DNA from: the human T2T-CHM13v2.0 reference genome, Homo sapiens
DNA: 64,000 nt
Strand: one strand, 5' to 3'
NCBI RefSeq assembly: GCF_009914755.1
Contig: NC_060928.1
How positions within the stretch are numbered: the stretch's first letter is position 1; every line of letters starts with the position of its first letter. The position numbers and the translations under genes were made by a program. Of the stretch, positions 27,498 through 41,363 are shown piece by piece. A model generated the notes under the pieces. That model had not been told where the DNA came from, did no database searches, and saw only the letters and a program-made list of their open reading frames with translations.

Positions 27498-28490
27498 CAG
27501 GAGGCAGAACAAGATGGCTCAATAGAATCCCTCAGCAAACCTTCTTTCTGTAGGAACACTAAACTGAACAACCACCCACACAAGAAAGTGTCTTTTTCGG
27601 AACAACAACAAAAAATCATGTGAGTGATCACAGAATCCAGTTGTAACATAACAAGCAAGACTGCATTTAAGAGTTGAAGAGGGTAGGAAAGAGAGTCTTG
27701 CATTGCCTACTCCACTCCTCCCCCAACCCCAGGCAGCACAGTGTGGACAGAAAATCTTTGTTGAGCTTTCTTGAGTAAGCTCAAAAAATGTGCTTGGGGA
27801 GGGAGAGCAAAGTGACTGTGGGACTCTGCACTGGGACTCAGTGCTGCCCCGTCACAGTGGTACACACATTGGACAGAATTCGGCTGGTGCCCATAGAGGG
27901 AGTATTTAGACCAGTCTTGGGCCAGAGGAACATCCTCCATCCCAGAAGAAGAAATCTGAGTCCAGGCCAGCTTCACTATCAGCTGACACAAATGGCCTGG
28001 GACCCCCTCAAATAAATTTGAGTGGCAGTCAGGCCATAGAGACGGCAGTCCTTGGGCGAGTCCTGGTGCTGTGCTGATCTCAGAGGCAGTGGGCTAGGGA
28101 TGCAACTCAGTGAGATGCTAGCTGTGGTGGCCAAAGGATTGCCTGCATCACCCTTCCCCCGGGTCCAGAAAGTCCAGTACAGGGAGAGACTCCTTCCACT
28201 TGGGAAAAGGCAAGAGAAGAAAACAGAGGGCTTTGTCTTGCAACTTGGGTATGAGCTCAGTTGTAAAGCACCAACAGATTCCCGAAAGTCCCAGTTTTAG
28301 GCCTTTGCACTTGGATGGCATTCCTAGATTCACCTTGCTCCGGAAGGAAATCTGCTATATTGATAGGCAGGCTTAGTCCTGGTAGGATCAACTACCTGTT
28401 AACTAAAGTAGCCTTGGGCCTTGAATAAACATCAGAAGTAGCCAGGCAGTAGCCACTGCAGACATTAGGTCAGTGCCAGTACTATGCTGT
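27498..28490 (+). mobile_element. L1MA/L1M1-2-type 5' UTR
   Basis: Starts GGAGGCAGAACAAGATGGCTCAATAGAA (L1 5' terminus with YY1-like AAGATGGC); GC-richer 5' UTR; no L1 body follows. Confidence 0.7.
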
Positions 28491-28976
28491 TCTGGAAGGT
28501 CACGGGCTTTTAAATGCCAGGCTGTGAAAGAACCCAAGAAGGGAGGCTATACCCTGCAAAGCCACAGGGATGAAGCTGCCCAAGGCTGTGGGAGCCCACC
28601 TCTTACACCAACATGACCTGGATGTGAGACATGGTGTCAAAAGTGATCATTTTGGAGTTTTAAGTTTCAATTACCATCGTATTGGATTTGGGACTTGCAT
28701 GGGGTCTTTAGCCCCCTTGTTTTGGCCAATTTCTGCCATTTGAAATGGGTATATTTACCCAATGCCTGTACCCCCATTGTATCTAGGAAGTAAGTAAATT
28801 GTTTTTGATTTTACAGGCTCATAGGAGGAAGGAACATGCCTTGTCTCAGATGAGACTTTTGACTTGGACCTTTGGGTTAATGCTGGAATGAGCTAAGACT
28901 TTGTGGGACTGTTGTAAAGGCATGATTGTGTTTTGAAATGTGAGGACATAAGATTTTGGAGGGGCCAGGGGCAGAT
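28491..28976 (+). mobile_element. THE1/MST internal region, 3' part
   Basis: GACCTGGATGTGAGACATGGTGTCAAAAG; purine tract GGAGGGGCCAGGGGCAGA before the LTR. Confidence 0.88.
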
Positions 28977-29372
28977 TGACACGGTTTGGCTGTGTCTCTG
29001 CCCAAATCTCACCTTGAATTGTAGTTCCCATAATCCCCAATGTGTCCTGGGAGGGACCCGCAGGGAAGTGATTGGATCATGAGGCCTATTTCCACCATGC
29101 TGTTCTTGTGATACTGAGTGAGTTCTCACAAGATCTGATGGTTTTGTAAGTGTCTGGCTTTTCCCCTGCTGGTACTTCTCTCTCCAGACACCTTGTGAAG
29201 AAGGATGTGTTTGCTTCCTCCTGCACATGATTGTAAGTTTCCTGAGGCCTCCCCAGTCATGCAGAACTGTGAGTCAATTAAACCTCTTTTCTTTATAAAT
29301 TTCCCAGTCTTGTTTTTTGTTTTTTTTTTTTTTTTGTTTTTAGATATAGCACTGTGAGAACAGACTAATACA
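28977..29372 (+). mobile_element. THE1D-like MaLR 3' LTR
   Basis: TGACACGGTTTGGCTGTGTC...GAGAACAGACTAATACA. Confidence 0.9.
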
Positions 29373-30399
29373 CTCTCATAATTGAAAAGGGGAGTGTTTG
29401 GTTAGGTTGTTCTCTTCTGTATTTTTCACAATTATACATTGTGTAAAGTATCACGTAAATAGTTGTGATGTTAAAAAGGTAATTTAAAGAGACAGCAACA
29501 AGAGAAGTATATTAAGATGCTTTTGCCATATAAGTGCCATGATTAATATTAAGGGGAGGATAAATTTAGTTCTGCTCCTTCCACTTAGATAACCTGTCAG
29601 AGAATGAAATGATACTTAGAAGGTTTTGCTCAATAATATTATTATGGTTTATTTTTCAAGATTTTTTGCCAGTGCTTTCTGTTGCTAAGGGTTAGAGTTA
29701 TGCAGTAAATGGATATTTGCTTAGTAGAATTATTAATGAATATTTGCACATATTATAGTATTCCTAGAGCTGAATCTGTTGTAGGGATAAGAAATTCTTG
29801 AATTGTTCTGCATAACAAAGTGTGAGAAATTGTTCACTTCAAAGAAACTAGACAAGGGGTCGAGGAGGCTTAAGATGGGAGGATGAGTCCTCTAAAAAAA
29901 TGATATCTCTTATTATTATTAAATTGCATGCCTGGTCCTAAAATTCACTGCAAGGCCCTTACATTTTCATAAAATGTCTGTAGCATACAACTACTTTTTA
30001 TGAAGAATTGTTTCTCCTTGCAAAAACAAAATCCTTTTGTAAGGAAAATCAAAATAAAATAAAAGAGTCTTTGTTTCTTGTTTTTTGTCCTTATGGAGGG
30101 GAAAGGCAAGACCAGCCTTCAATGATGAGCCAAGAATCTTGTCACATATTCATTAGAAGCAGATGATCAGAAAATACCAGTGATATTCGAGTGGGAAGGA
30201 AAGTCACATTTTCCTTCTTTGAAATTCTAACATTAAAATTAAAGGTGACTACTGTCTTGGTTATGCATGCAAACATCCCCTTTCAGTATACATAATTACT
30301 CCTAGAAAAGGAAGAAAGATAAAGGGTATATATAACTAATATTTACTAGTTCATTACATGGCGAATCAACTTGCCAGAACTACCCACACCTGTACCAGG

Positions 30400-31535
30400 T
30401 GTCAAATTAATAAATCTAGACTTAGTAAGGGAAGAATTTTAGTGGAGAGGATTATTGCAAGGTGGCAGTTGGAGGGGACTCTTGCAATAGGAAAAAATAC
30501 AATGATCTGTTAGTGTCTAAAGGTTTAGTCAAAAAGTGGTCTGTTTTATAGACATGCTAGAACTGATGTAAAGAAGTAGGATGGAAGAATGGTATGGATT
30601 TGATAGTAAATCAAAATTTTTTTATTTTGTTGACAGCCTATTTTTTGTGAGGGGCCCTTGAGGTTGTTAAAGAGAGGGTATACACTGCCTCAGGCTGAGG
30701 GTGGGCCCAACTTCAGGGGCTTGAGGGAAGGAGAGAAGCTTAAGCGAAGTTTTGTTTCCATTGATCAGTGGGTACTGAAGAAACATACCTCTCTTGATAA
30801 TTTCTCCTCGGGCTTCTTCTAAACTCTCTGCTCAAGTAGTCCTCAACTTTTGGACTTCCCTGTTCATGTCTGCGTTGTCTGATTTCAACAAGAATCCTGC
30901 TAGAACAGTTTAACCACAATTCCTTATTCTCAATATCTAATCACCCTTGATATCTGATTGAGTTTCTCATACTCCACCAACCCCCAGTTGATGTCTGATC
31001 ACCCCGATCATCCTGGCTTGCCTTCAGCAAGAATCACGCTAGGTCAGTTTGGCCAGATTCTCCCTTATCCCTGATGTTTCCTTTTAGTAATGTTTCTGCC
31101 ACTGACCTCAACTTTGCTTCTTGTCTATAAATTACCACTTGACCATGCTTTATTTGGAGTTGAGCTCAATTTCTCTCCCATTGTAAAACCTCATTGCAGT
31201 GATGATCCCTACACTTATTGCAACAATCCCCCTTGAATGAAGTCTTCCTTACCATATATAATAAGTATCATGGATAATTTCCTTTTTCTTTAACAGTACA
31301 AAACAGTTTAGCTAATCATTTATAAGTCAAGAATGAGGATTTGAAAGTTCTGTGCCTGGCCTTGTCCTAGGTAAGCAAAGGGTGCACAAGTGTTGTCTAA
31401 GTCATATAAAAAAGAGAGAAAATTCCATACAGTAAGTTGTTCCCTGGAATACAAAAGGGAGCAGAAAAAGAAAGAATTCCTTTAACTTTCCCTGTTTTCT
31501 AGGAGCACAAGGCTCAGGTAAAATTCAGTTTGTCA
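30400..31535 (-). mobile_element. MER67-like ERV1 solo LTR, split by MER31
   Basis: TGTCAAATTAATAAATCTAGACTTAGTAAGG...GGCTCAGGTAAAATTCAGTTTGTCA; TSD CAGG/AAGG. Confidence 0.7.
30776..31295 (+). mobile_element. MER31-like ERV1 solo LTR
   Basis: TG...CA ends; repeated CAAGAATC..GCTAG motif; TATAAA; perfect 4-bp TSD GTAC at 30772-30775 and 31296-31299. Confidence 0.82.
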
Positions 31536-31699
31536 AAGGATAACTCCTTCTCTAACAATAAGTCCAGATATAAGAAATTCTATCTATAAGCAATAGTTAT
31601 TATATAAATAATTAATTTTCATGAACAGAATGTAAATTCATAGATTTACATGATGCATATAATACAAATATTAATACTGTTGCTAATGCAAGCTAAATT

Positions 31700-31872
31700 A
31701 CATCTAGTGATTACAATGAACCAGACACTGCATTAACTATATTGAATGGACTGTCTAATTATTTCTCACAATTTTATGAGGAATTTAGTATTTATACATC
31801 ATTTTACAGGACAAAACACAGAAACAAAAGTGAGAACTTAAGACAATTGCCTAAGGCATCAGTGTAGTTAAA
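31700..31872 (-). mobile_element. MIR
   Basis: CATTTTACAGGACAAAACACAGA...TTAAGACAATTGCCTAAGG antisense MIR core. Confidence 0.6.
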
Positions 31873-32470
31873 CGACAGATGAATTTATTGTTGAAGTGTT
31901 TCCCCCTTTTCTTGCTTTAAAATATGGGGGAAACAAAGGTGGTTTTTCTACTGTGACTCACCCCTTAACATCACTGATACCACATGTGCACGGGAGGTAT
32001 TGTTCCCACACACTAAGCAACATTCCAGTGGATACCAATTGGGCTTCCTAAAGTCAATTTAATTCAGACAGGATCTACTGAAGATAGCATCAGATCCCAC
32101 AGGTTGAGGACCCAGTCCTGTAAGACTGCCCCGACTCCCAAGCTTCAGATACAAATTAGAATAGGTTGTCACCTATACTTCTGACTGACTGACCAGTTAC
32201 AAATTGGGGATATCTACCTCCTACTTGGGTTAGATGAATTTGATAGAGTAGCTCACAGAACTCAGAAAAACAATTAACTTACTGGTTTATTAATAAAAGA
32301 TAAAAATAAATGATACAGAGGAACAGCCAGATGAAAAGACGCACAAGGTGAGGCCTGGAACGGTCCTGAGTGCAAGAGCTTCTCTACCCAGGGAGTTGAG
32401 GTGTGCCAACCTCCTAGCATACTCATGTATTTGCAGACCTGGAAGCTCTCTGAACCCCATATTTCAGGGC

Positions 32471-32766
32471 TTTTTTTTTTTTTTTTTTGAGACGGAGTCT
32501 CACTGTCGCCCAGGTTGGAGTGCAGTGGCGCCATCTTGGCTCACTGCAGGCTCTGCCCCCTGGGGTTCACGCCATTCTCCTGCCTCAGCCTCCCGAGTAG
32601 CTGGGACTACAGGTGCCCGTCACCACGCCCGGGTAATTTTTTTTTTTTTTTGTATTTTTAGTAGAGACTGGGTTTCACCGTATTAGCCAGGATGGTCTCC
32701 ATCTCCTGACCTCGTGATCCGCCCGCCTTGGCCTCCCAAAGTGCTGGGATTACAGGCGTGAGCCAC
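32471..32766 (-). mobile_element. AluY SINE (AluYe-like), lacking about 11 nt at its 5' end
   Basis: Sense reading GTGAACCCCAGGGGGCAGAGCCTGCAG and GGCGACAGTGAGACTCC; ends at GTGAGCCAC. Confidence 0.92.
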
Positions 32767-33054
32767 AAGCTTCATCCTGTAGGTATGGTTAATTATTTAT
32801 TATAGTTACCATTCCTCTTTAATTTCTGGAGAATGGGGAATGGGGCTGAAAGCTCCAAGCTTCTAATTATGGGTTGGTCTTTCTAGTGACCAGTCCCTAT
32901 CCAGGAGCCCACAAAGTGTGGCCTAATTAGAACAACAGACACTCCTATCACCCAGGAAATTCCAAAGAATATAAGAGCTATGTGCCAGAAACTGGGGTCA
33001 AAGATCAAATATTAGAACAGAAGACTCTCTTATCACCCCTATTGACAAGGATAG

Positions 33055-33776
33055 TGTTAGCAGTGATGAATCCATAGCAGTCTGCAGCAACCTCAATTCT
33101 TACCTCCTCAGAAGAAATAATTTGACCAAGGAGCACGAGGCAGAGGAAGAGACTGAGGTAAGCTTTAGAGCAGGAGTGAAAATGTACTAAAAAGTTTAGA
33201 GCAGAAAAGAAAGAAAGTAAAATACACTTGGAAGAGGGCAAAGTGGGTGACTTGGAAGAGGGCAAAGTGGGTGACTTGAGAGATCAAGTGAGCTGTTTGA
33301 CCTTTGACGTGGGGTTTTAAATGTTGGCATGCTTCCAAGCGGTTCTGGCTCTTCTCCCCGATTCTTCCCTTGGCGTGGGATGTCCACATGTCCAGTGGCC
33401 TGCCAGCACTTTAGAGGGGCTGCATGTGCAGTATGTTTACAGAAATTATGCACATGTTCACTTGAGGGGTTCTTCCCTTACCAGTCAAGTGTTTCTAGAG
33501 GAAGGTCATATACCAGCTAAACTCTGCCATTTTGCTTTTTATTCTGCATGTGTGAGCCTATTGACTCAACTCCTGAGATCTTATCAGAAAGCTGCTTATC
33601 ACCAACTTTACGTGTTTTGTCTCTATCGGGAGACCTGCCGTTCCCTGGCGCCAGGTGAATCCAATTATTATTTTAGATAGACAGCTTAACAACCTTGATG
33701 GTCGCCTGATATTCCTGGTAGTGGGTGCGGTTACTCTCCTGCCCTGCCAATGTCTGCCTGACTACCTATGATAACA
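33055..33776 (-). mobile_element. MER50-like ERV1 solo LTR
   Basis: TGTTAGCAGTGATGAATCC...TGACTACCTATGATAACA; TSD ATAG/ATAT. Confidence 0.82.
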
Positions 33777-34072
33777 ATATCAGGAGGTGTCTCAGGAACA
33801 GGGACAGAGACCAAAGATTGAAACAAAATATTTTCCTAGCACCCTAAAAGCGCAGGAATTATAACCATTTTTAAAAGCCCTGTGTCAGGGACAGGGGAAG
33901 AGACCAATATGTATGTTTCTTATTATTTTTACATTGGTAGTCAAGCTGTTTTCAGCCATTACATTGAGCTCTCATCAATTCCTTCATCAAGTTTGAGGTA
34001 TGTGACAGATTCATATGCCCAGAGGCTGAAGAAGAACTAAGCAGAGCGAATTATGACTATGACTCTACCTTA

Positions 34073-34614
34073 TGTGAGGAAATTAAAAATATTTAATATT
34101 TTTCTTTCTATGCTCCTAGGCTGGGGCCCATATATCAAACAGGTAGATAACACATTAACAAGAGGAAAACCACTTTTATTAAGTATGCATGGGAATTCTC
34201 AAAGAATGTGGTTGTCAAGGAGGTGGCTAGATGATATCTGTGGATATACCATCTTAGACTAAACAAAGGAAAAGGGGTCTCAGACTTCCAGGTCGGGGAG
34301 GGGAGTAATGGGAAGGCGAAGGGAGACGTGTGGTAAAAAAGTGTTGTCTTATTATGCAGATAAGAATCTCTCAGGTGATAAGAGTTTTCTCAGACACTAG
34401 CTCTCTTCTTGGTATGGAGATAACTGTATAAATGGAAATTTTATTTGTAAATGAAAATTTCCTTAACAAAAGGGGACATTTGTATTCTATTTTTGGGCAG
34501 TTAGGAGGAGATAAAGAGTTTTTCTCGCATCCACTAGTCTTCATGTCCTTTAGCTCAAAATAATCTGTATGCTAAAGAGACATATTTTGGAATGGAATAT
34601 TCTGATACCCTTCA
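34073..34614 (-). mobile_element. MER34-group solo LTR
   Basis: Minus strand starts TGAAGGGTATCAGAATATTCCATTCCAAAATATG; antisense TTTATT; TSD CTTA/CTGA. Confidence 0.7.
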
Positions 34615-35877
34615 CTGATGTTCTGGGGTTCAAATGGAGATAAAATCAATTTGGACCAAATTCCTTTTTTTTTTTAATAGATGTGACCAATTATAAAGGT
34701 ATAGATAAAGATTTTTAAAGACGAAGGTATTAGGCATGACTTTCACTTTTTTTTAAAAGAAGTCAGGATCTCTTAAAAATTAATTTTAAAAAGTTTGTAA
34801 TAATCGATACTGATGATTTCTTAGGTAAATTTAGAATATCATATGATGACAAATGACATTTGATTGGTGTATTGAAGTTATTGTGTCAATGGTTTAATAT
34901 ATGCCACTATAAATTTATCTTTACATAATTCATTTAAGTAATTGAATGAGAAAAACAGTATTGCTGCACATGAATAATTCAATAATAAAAATAGAAAATT
35001 CATATACAGTAGTTAATAACATAACTAAATAATAAGTAATACAATCAAGTAAACTTTTTCTTCTAGATGTTTGTCTATAATTCTGCTTTACAAGCCATGT
35101 GTCAAATTCAGTAAATCTAAACTAATTATTTACATTAATATCTTAGTTGAAGACGATAATTAGCTTATGTATGGAGGATAAATTCAGGGATATTTCACAT
35201 TCAAAAAGTTAGTTTAGGGTTTTACTTCTTCTGTAAAATGAGCCCATTGTTATTAAATTCAACTTTGTATCCCTTGTATATGAAATATAACAAGAAAACA
35301 CGGTCATTTTGTTAGAATAAAATCAAATATGTAATCAGGAAAATAGATTAGTGAACATTTTACAGTAAAAATCACTGGTTACCTTGGAATATTAAAAATC
35401 ATCACATTGTCAGTATCTGTAAATAAAATATTAGAAATTATAACAAGATCTTAGTGTAATTTTTTAATAGATGTCTGTGTCTGTGTGCTATATTATGTAT
35501 AATGAATTAGCAAACCCAAGTAAAACTTAGATATGGGCAGAAGCCATACTAATTTGCATATCAAATTAAGGTTTGATGAGAAAGGAACAGATGATGACTG
35601 TTTTTCTGTTTTGATTTTAAGTGTTTGTAAGTGTGAGATTCTATGTACTCCTTTTTTGTGCTTATTTGCAATGGATTTAAACTCAGAATTAAATCATCTA
35701 ATGAAAGAAAAATAAAGCCTAATTTTTAAATATGCCAACCTGTTTATGCAATATAAATATTCAACATGGATAATTTGGGCCAAAATACTGGTATTTGAGG
35801 AAATATAACCTAGAAATTCCTTTTACCTTGAGCTTAGAATGTATTCATTTTATTTAGTTCTGTGGCTCAAAATCAAC

Positions 35878-36647
35878 ACATTAATTCATTTGCTTCAATC
35901 AATATTTGTTGAGCTTCTACTCTATACCACAACACAATATTGTATGCTAGAGAATCTTATGAAAAACAAATAGAGAGCAATATCTTACTGTTTATTGGGC
36001 ATTCCATATATTGTTATGAATGTGTAAATTGTGGATGGTTGGATAGATGAAGGGATAAATGGATGAGCTGAAGTCTCAACCAAATAGGTTTTTATGACTT
36101 CCATGATAGGTGTGACATACAGTTTTTGCTTGTAGTGACAGCATCTTCTACCATCAGCAATGGACCTCTGCATTCTTTTCATAGGTCTTATCCCTTAGCA
36201 CACACTTAAATCTCCTATAAATTATAATCCTTCAGTAATAATTAGATAACAATTTGCTTATTCACATCTTGATTTATTCTTTAAATCTTTATCAACTACC
36301 TACCCTGTTCCAGGAATTTTGCTGAGCTTTGGAATCCATGTCATTATGGATCATTTCATTTAGTAAAGTAACGCAGACTTTGGGCAAATAATTTGAAGTA
36401 TGAAGAATATAAAAAGTATGTTTGGGGAACTACAAAAGCTCAAATAACCTTGAGGGGAATAAAATGAGACCTGAAAAAAAAAGTTGGAGTTAGCTAGAGG
36501 ACACTGGGGTTATAAGTAGATGTTGGGGTGGTGATCACTGTTGGAAGAGCTTTCCTTTCCAAGAACACCAAATATGAAAGGTCAAAAGGTAGGACCTGAA
36601 AGCAGGTTAGCATATGTATAGTAATGAGAACAATGGAGAAGTGGTAG
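35878..36647 (-). mobile_element. L2 fragments (host of the L1PA insertion; continues after 39270)
   Basis: ATTCATTTGCTTCAATCAATATTTGTTGAGCTTCTACT tail; purine-rich antisense L2 resuming as GGTAGGCTAAGATCAGATCAC after the L1. Confidence 0.55.
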
Positions 36648-36970
36648 AGAAAAAGGTTGGAAGTCCTTGCCCATGCCTATTTCCTGAATGGTATTGCCTA
36701 GGTTTTCTTCTAGGGTTTTATGGTTTTAGGTCTAACATTTAAGTCTTTAATTCATCTTGACTTAATTTTTGTATAAGGTGTAAGGAAGGGATCCAGTTTC
36801 AGCTTTCTACATATGGCTAGCCAGTTTTCCGAGCACCATTTATTAAACAGGGACCCCTTTTCCCACTTCTTGTTTTTGTCAGGTTTTTCAAAGATCAGAT
36901 GGTTGTAGATGTGTGGTATTATTTCCAAGGGCTCTGTTCTGTTCCATTGGTCTATATCTCTGTTTTGGTA

Positions 36971-38114
<1,144 letters not shown>

Positions 38115-38177
38115 TTAGGGAGGATTCCCTCTTTTTCTGTTGATTGGAATAGTTTCAGAAGAAATAGTACCATAAGC

Positions 38178-39023
38178 ATGGGCAAGGACTTCATGACTAA
38201 AACACCAAAAGCAATGGCAACAAAAGCCAAGATTGATAAATGGTATCTAATTAAACTAAAGAGCTTCTGCACAGCTAAGGCAACTACCATCAGAGTGAAC
38301 AGGCAACCTACAGAATGCGAGAAAATTTTCACAATCTACCCATCTGACAAAGGGCTAATATCCAGAATCTACGAAGAACTTAAACAAATTTACAAGAAAA
38401 AAATCAAACAACCCATCAAAAAGTGGGTGAAGGTTATGAACAGACACTTCTCAAAAGAAGACATTTATGCAGCCAACAGACACATGCAAAAATGCTCATC
38501 ATCACTGGCCATCAGAGAAATGCAAATCAAAACCACAATGATATACCATCTCACACCAGTTAGAATGGTGATCATTAAAAAGTCAGGAAACAGGTGCTGG
38601 AGAGGATGTGGAGAAATAGGAACACTTTTACATTGCTAGTGGGACTGTAAACTAGTCCAACCATTGTGGAAGAGAATGTGGTGATTCCTCAAGGATCTAG
38701 GACTAGAAATACCATTTGACCCAGCCATCCCATTACTGAGTATATAACCAAAGGATTATAAATCATACTGCTATCAAGACACATGCACACATATATTTAT
38801 TGTGGCACTATTCACAATAGTAAAGACTTGGATCCAACCCAAAAGTCCATCAATGATAGACTGGATTAAGAAAATGTGGCACATATACACCATGGAATAC
38901 TATGAAGCCATAAAAAAGGATGAGTTCATGTCCTTTCTAGGGACATGGATGAAGCTGGAAACCATCATTCTGAGCAAACTATCGCAAGGACGGAAAACCA
39001 AACACTGCATGTTTTACTCATAG
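38178..39023 (+). pseudogene. Disrupted L1 ORF2p C-terminal (Cys-rich) remnant
   Basis: [37 protein letters not shown] and WIKKMWHIYTMEYY peptides separated by stops. Confidence 0.9.
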
Positions 39024-39521
39024 GTGGGAATTGAACAATGAGAACACTTGGACACAGGGTGGGGAACATCACACACCAGGGCCTGTCATGGGGTGAGGAG
39101 AGGGGGGAGGGATAGCATTAGGAGATATACCTAATGTAAATGACGAGTTAATGGGTGCAGCATACCAACATGGCACATGTATACATATGTAACAAACCTG
39201 CATGTTGTGCACATGTACCCTAGAACTTAAAGTATAATAACAAAAAAAAAAAAAAGAAAAAGGTTAGAAAGGTAGGCTAAGATCAGATCACAAGAAGCCC
39301 CTAACTCTGCCACCTCTTCTAACATGGAAGCTTGATGAATGTTCCATGAAAAAAACAACTATACATTTTGTTTAATAATTTACTATTATCTCCTCCTGGA
39401 GTACGAATCGATTTATTTTAGGTAGGCATATCACAAGCATTCCATAAATATCTGTCAATTCAGAAATAAAAAAAGATATTATTCAATCTGTACAATAAAA
39501 TTTAGATTAGAATAATTATAA

Positions 39522-39610
39522 TAATTAAACATATAAAATTTAAACATATGTTTAAAATAATTCAACACATATAATTTAAACATATGTTTAAAATAATTAA
39601 ACATATATAT
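39522..39610. repeat. 36-bp period AT-rich tandem repeat with 18-bp palindromes
   Basis: TTTAAACATATGTTTAAA at 39539-39556 and 39575-39592. Confidence 0.85.
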
Positions 39611-41363
39611 CTAAAAAGACTTATTGACATCTGTTTTCTGCTTAGGTTCAGCAATCTCCTTTCACCTATAAATTTGTTGTGTTGCCATAATAACACTTTA
39701 TGGAATAAAAATATTTATCTTATTCTCTGATATGTTTCATAAGCTACTTAAAATATCCCTACATATTTTCTTTATTATATTTATAATTTATTTAGCAAAC
39801 TCATTGCTCCTATTCACTTCCAATTTCAAGTGAAAAGTTATTTTCCTGAGACAGTCTCCCTTCCATATTTTAAAGCTTTCAGTACAATTTGTTGCTCTCT
39901 ATCACCAAACCAATATATGTTCCACCTTTTAAACGCTAAATTTAATCTGTGTCTAAATGTTTTATATAAATTAATAACAATATGCAGCATTGTACTTGTT
40001 TTCACAATTATTTTTATTTAAGATTGTAGAAACACTTGTACCATTGTAGAAGTAGTAATAGGCTGCAATAGTTTCCTGGTTTCAAATGTTTTTAAAAATT
40101 ATGTTTTTAACCTGTGATTTCTTAGTGCCTGAATGATCCCCAAGATATTGTTTGTGAAACACTAAAGGTTCGTATGTGCACTCATTTTATAGACAACAGA
40201 GAAAGTTACCATATCTTTTATCACATTCTCTAACAGGTCTGTCATCTTTTACAAAAAGGTTAAGAACCACTGTTGTAAATAAATAGGTTTTCCTCTAAGG
40301 TTTCATAAATGCACAAAACTTTGCTTTAGAAAATTGACTTTTTTCTCTCATGAGTTCTTGAAGCTAATTTCTCACTACGACTGAAGGAAAGCAAGATGAG
40401 GTTGAACCAGTGAACCAACTTGCAGATTTGGAAGGACTGGCTATTGTATTGCTTTGGTAATATACAGAACCATTCACCCCTTTGGTTTCTAATTAATATT
40501 ATGTGCCAACTCGGTCAGAGAATAATGATCTTTAACCAGATGTTTTTAGTCAAATGACTTGCATCAGCTTATCTGTATTCCCCATTGGGCCATAACAACA
40601 AGAATGTCATTAGTAATTACCTGTCAAGTCCACTTAGCACAGTCTTAAATAATTACCACATTATCACTTTTGCAGAACTGTCTCTGTAGTGACTGAATAA
40701 CCACTGCTTTGTACTTTCAGTGTGTTCCTCTGGTTCCTCTTCCTTCTCTGGATTCTTTATACCACTCATTTTTGTTGTTGTTTTCTTTTTTTACAGAAAG
40801 CTGGGCACCCTGCTACTACCCCTTTTTGAAAAGACTCTTGGAACCTTTTAAAAACTACATAGAGGTCCCATTAACCAGATGCTTTCTGCCATCTGTATGT
40901 AGAAAGTGAGTTTGAATAACGAATATAAGAAGAGAACAAAGAGCACTTTTGCTTCTTTCATACTTCTGGGGTGCACAGTCTTGACCTGTGTAGAGACAAA
41001 GTGGAGGAAATTAGGCATATTATCTATAATATAGCATAAATACATGCTAATTTTATTTCCAAATCATTATATCTTTGTAGGCTTTCAGCTGTTTTAAGTT
41101 TTTTTATAGACAAAAATTACCTGTTAGCATTTAGGATCCGAAAATCTGCAGTCCTGATGGCCTGGTTTGAGGTGGCTTATTATGAACTCTATTTTTTGGA
41201 AAAGATTCTGCAAGGCAAAGAAGTTGTGGCACATCTCCATTTGCCAAGATGTTCCAGCTGCTACTTATAAAGCTAAATATTAAATAGAGTTGTTTGAATT
41301 CCTTATCACAATTAAAATACGTGGCTATGAGAAGGAAAAGACATGTAACATAAAATCAAGTCA

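Larger units (their letters stand above)
31923..33933 (-). mobile_element. MER21-like LTR, interrupted by AluY and MER50
   Basis: GATAGCATCAGATCCCACAGGTTGAGG and GCTCACAGAACTCAG; internal about 90-bp repeats (GGAACAGGGACAGAGACCAA type) on both sides of the inserts. Confidence 0.8.
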
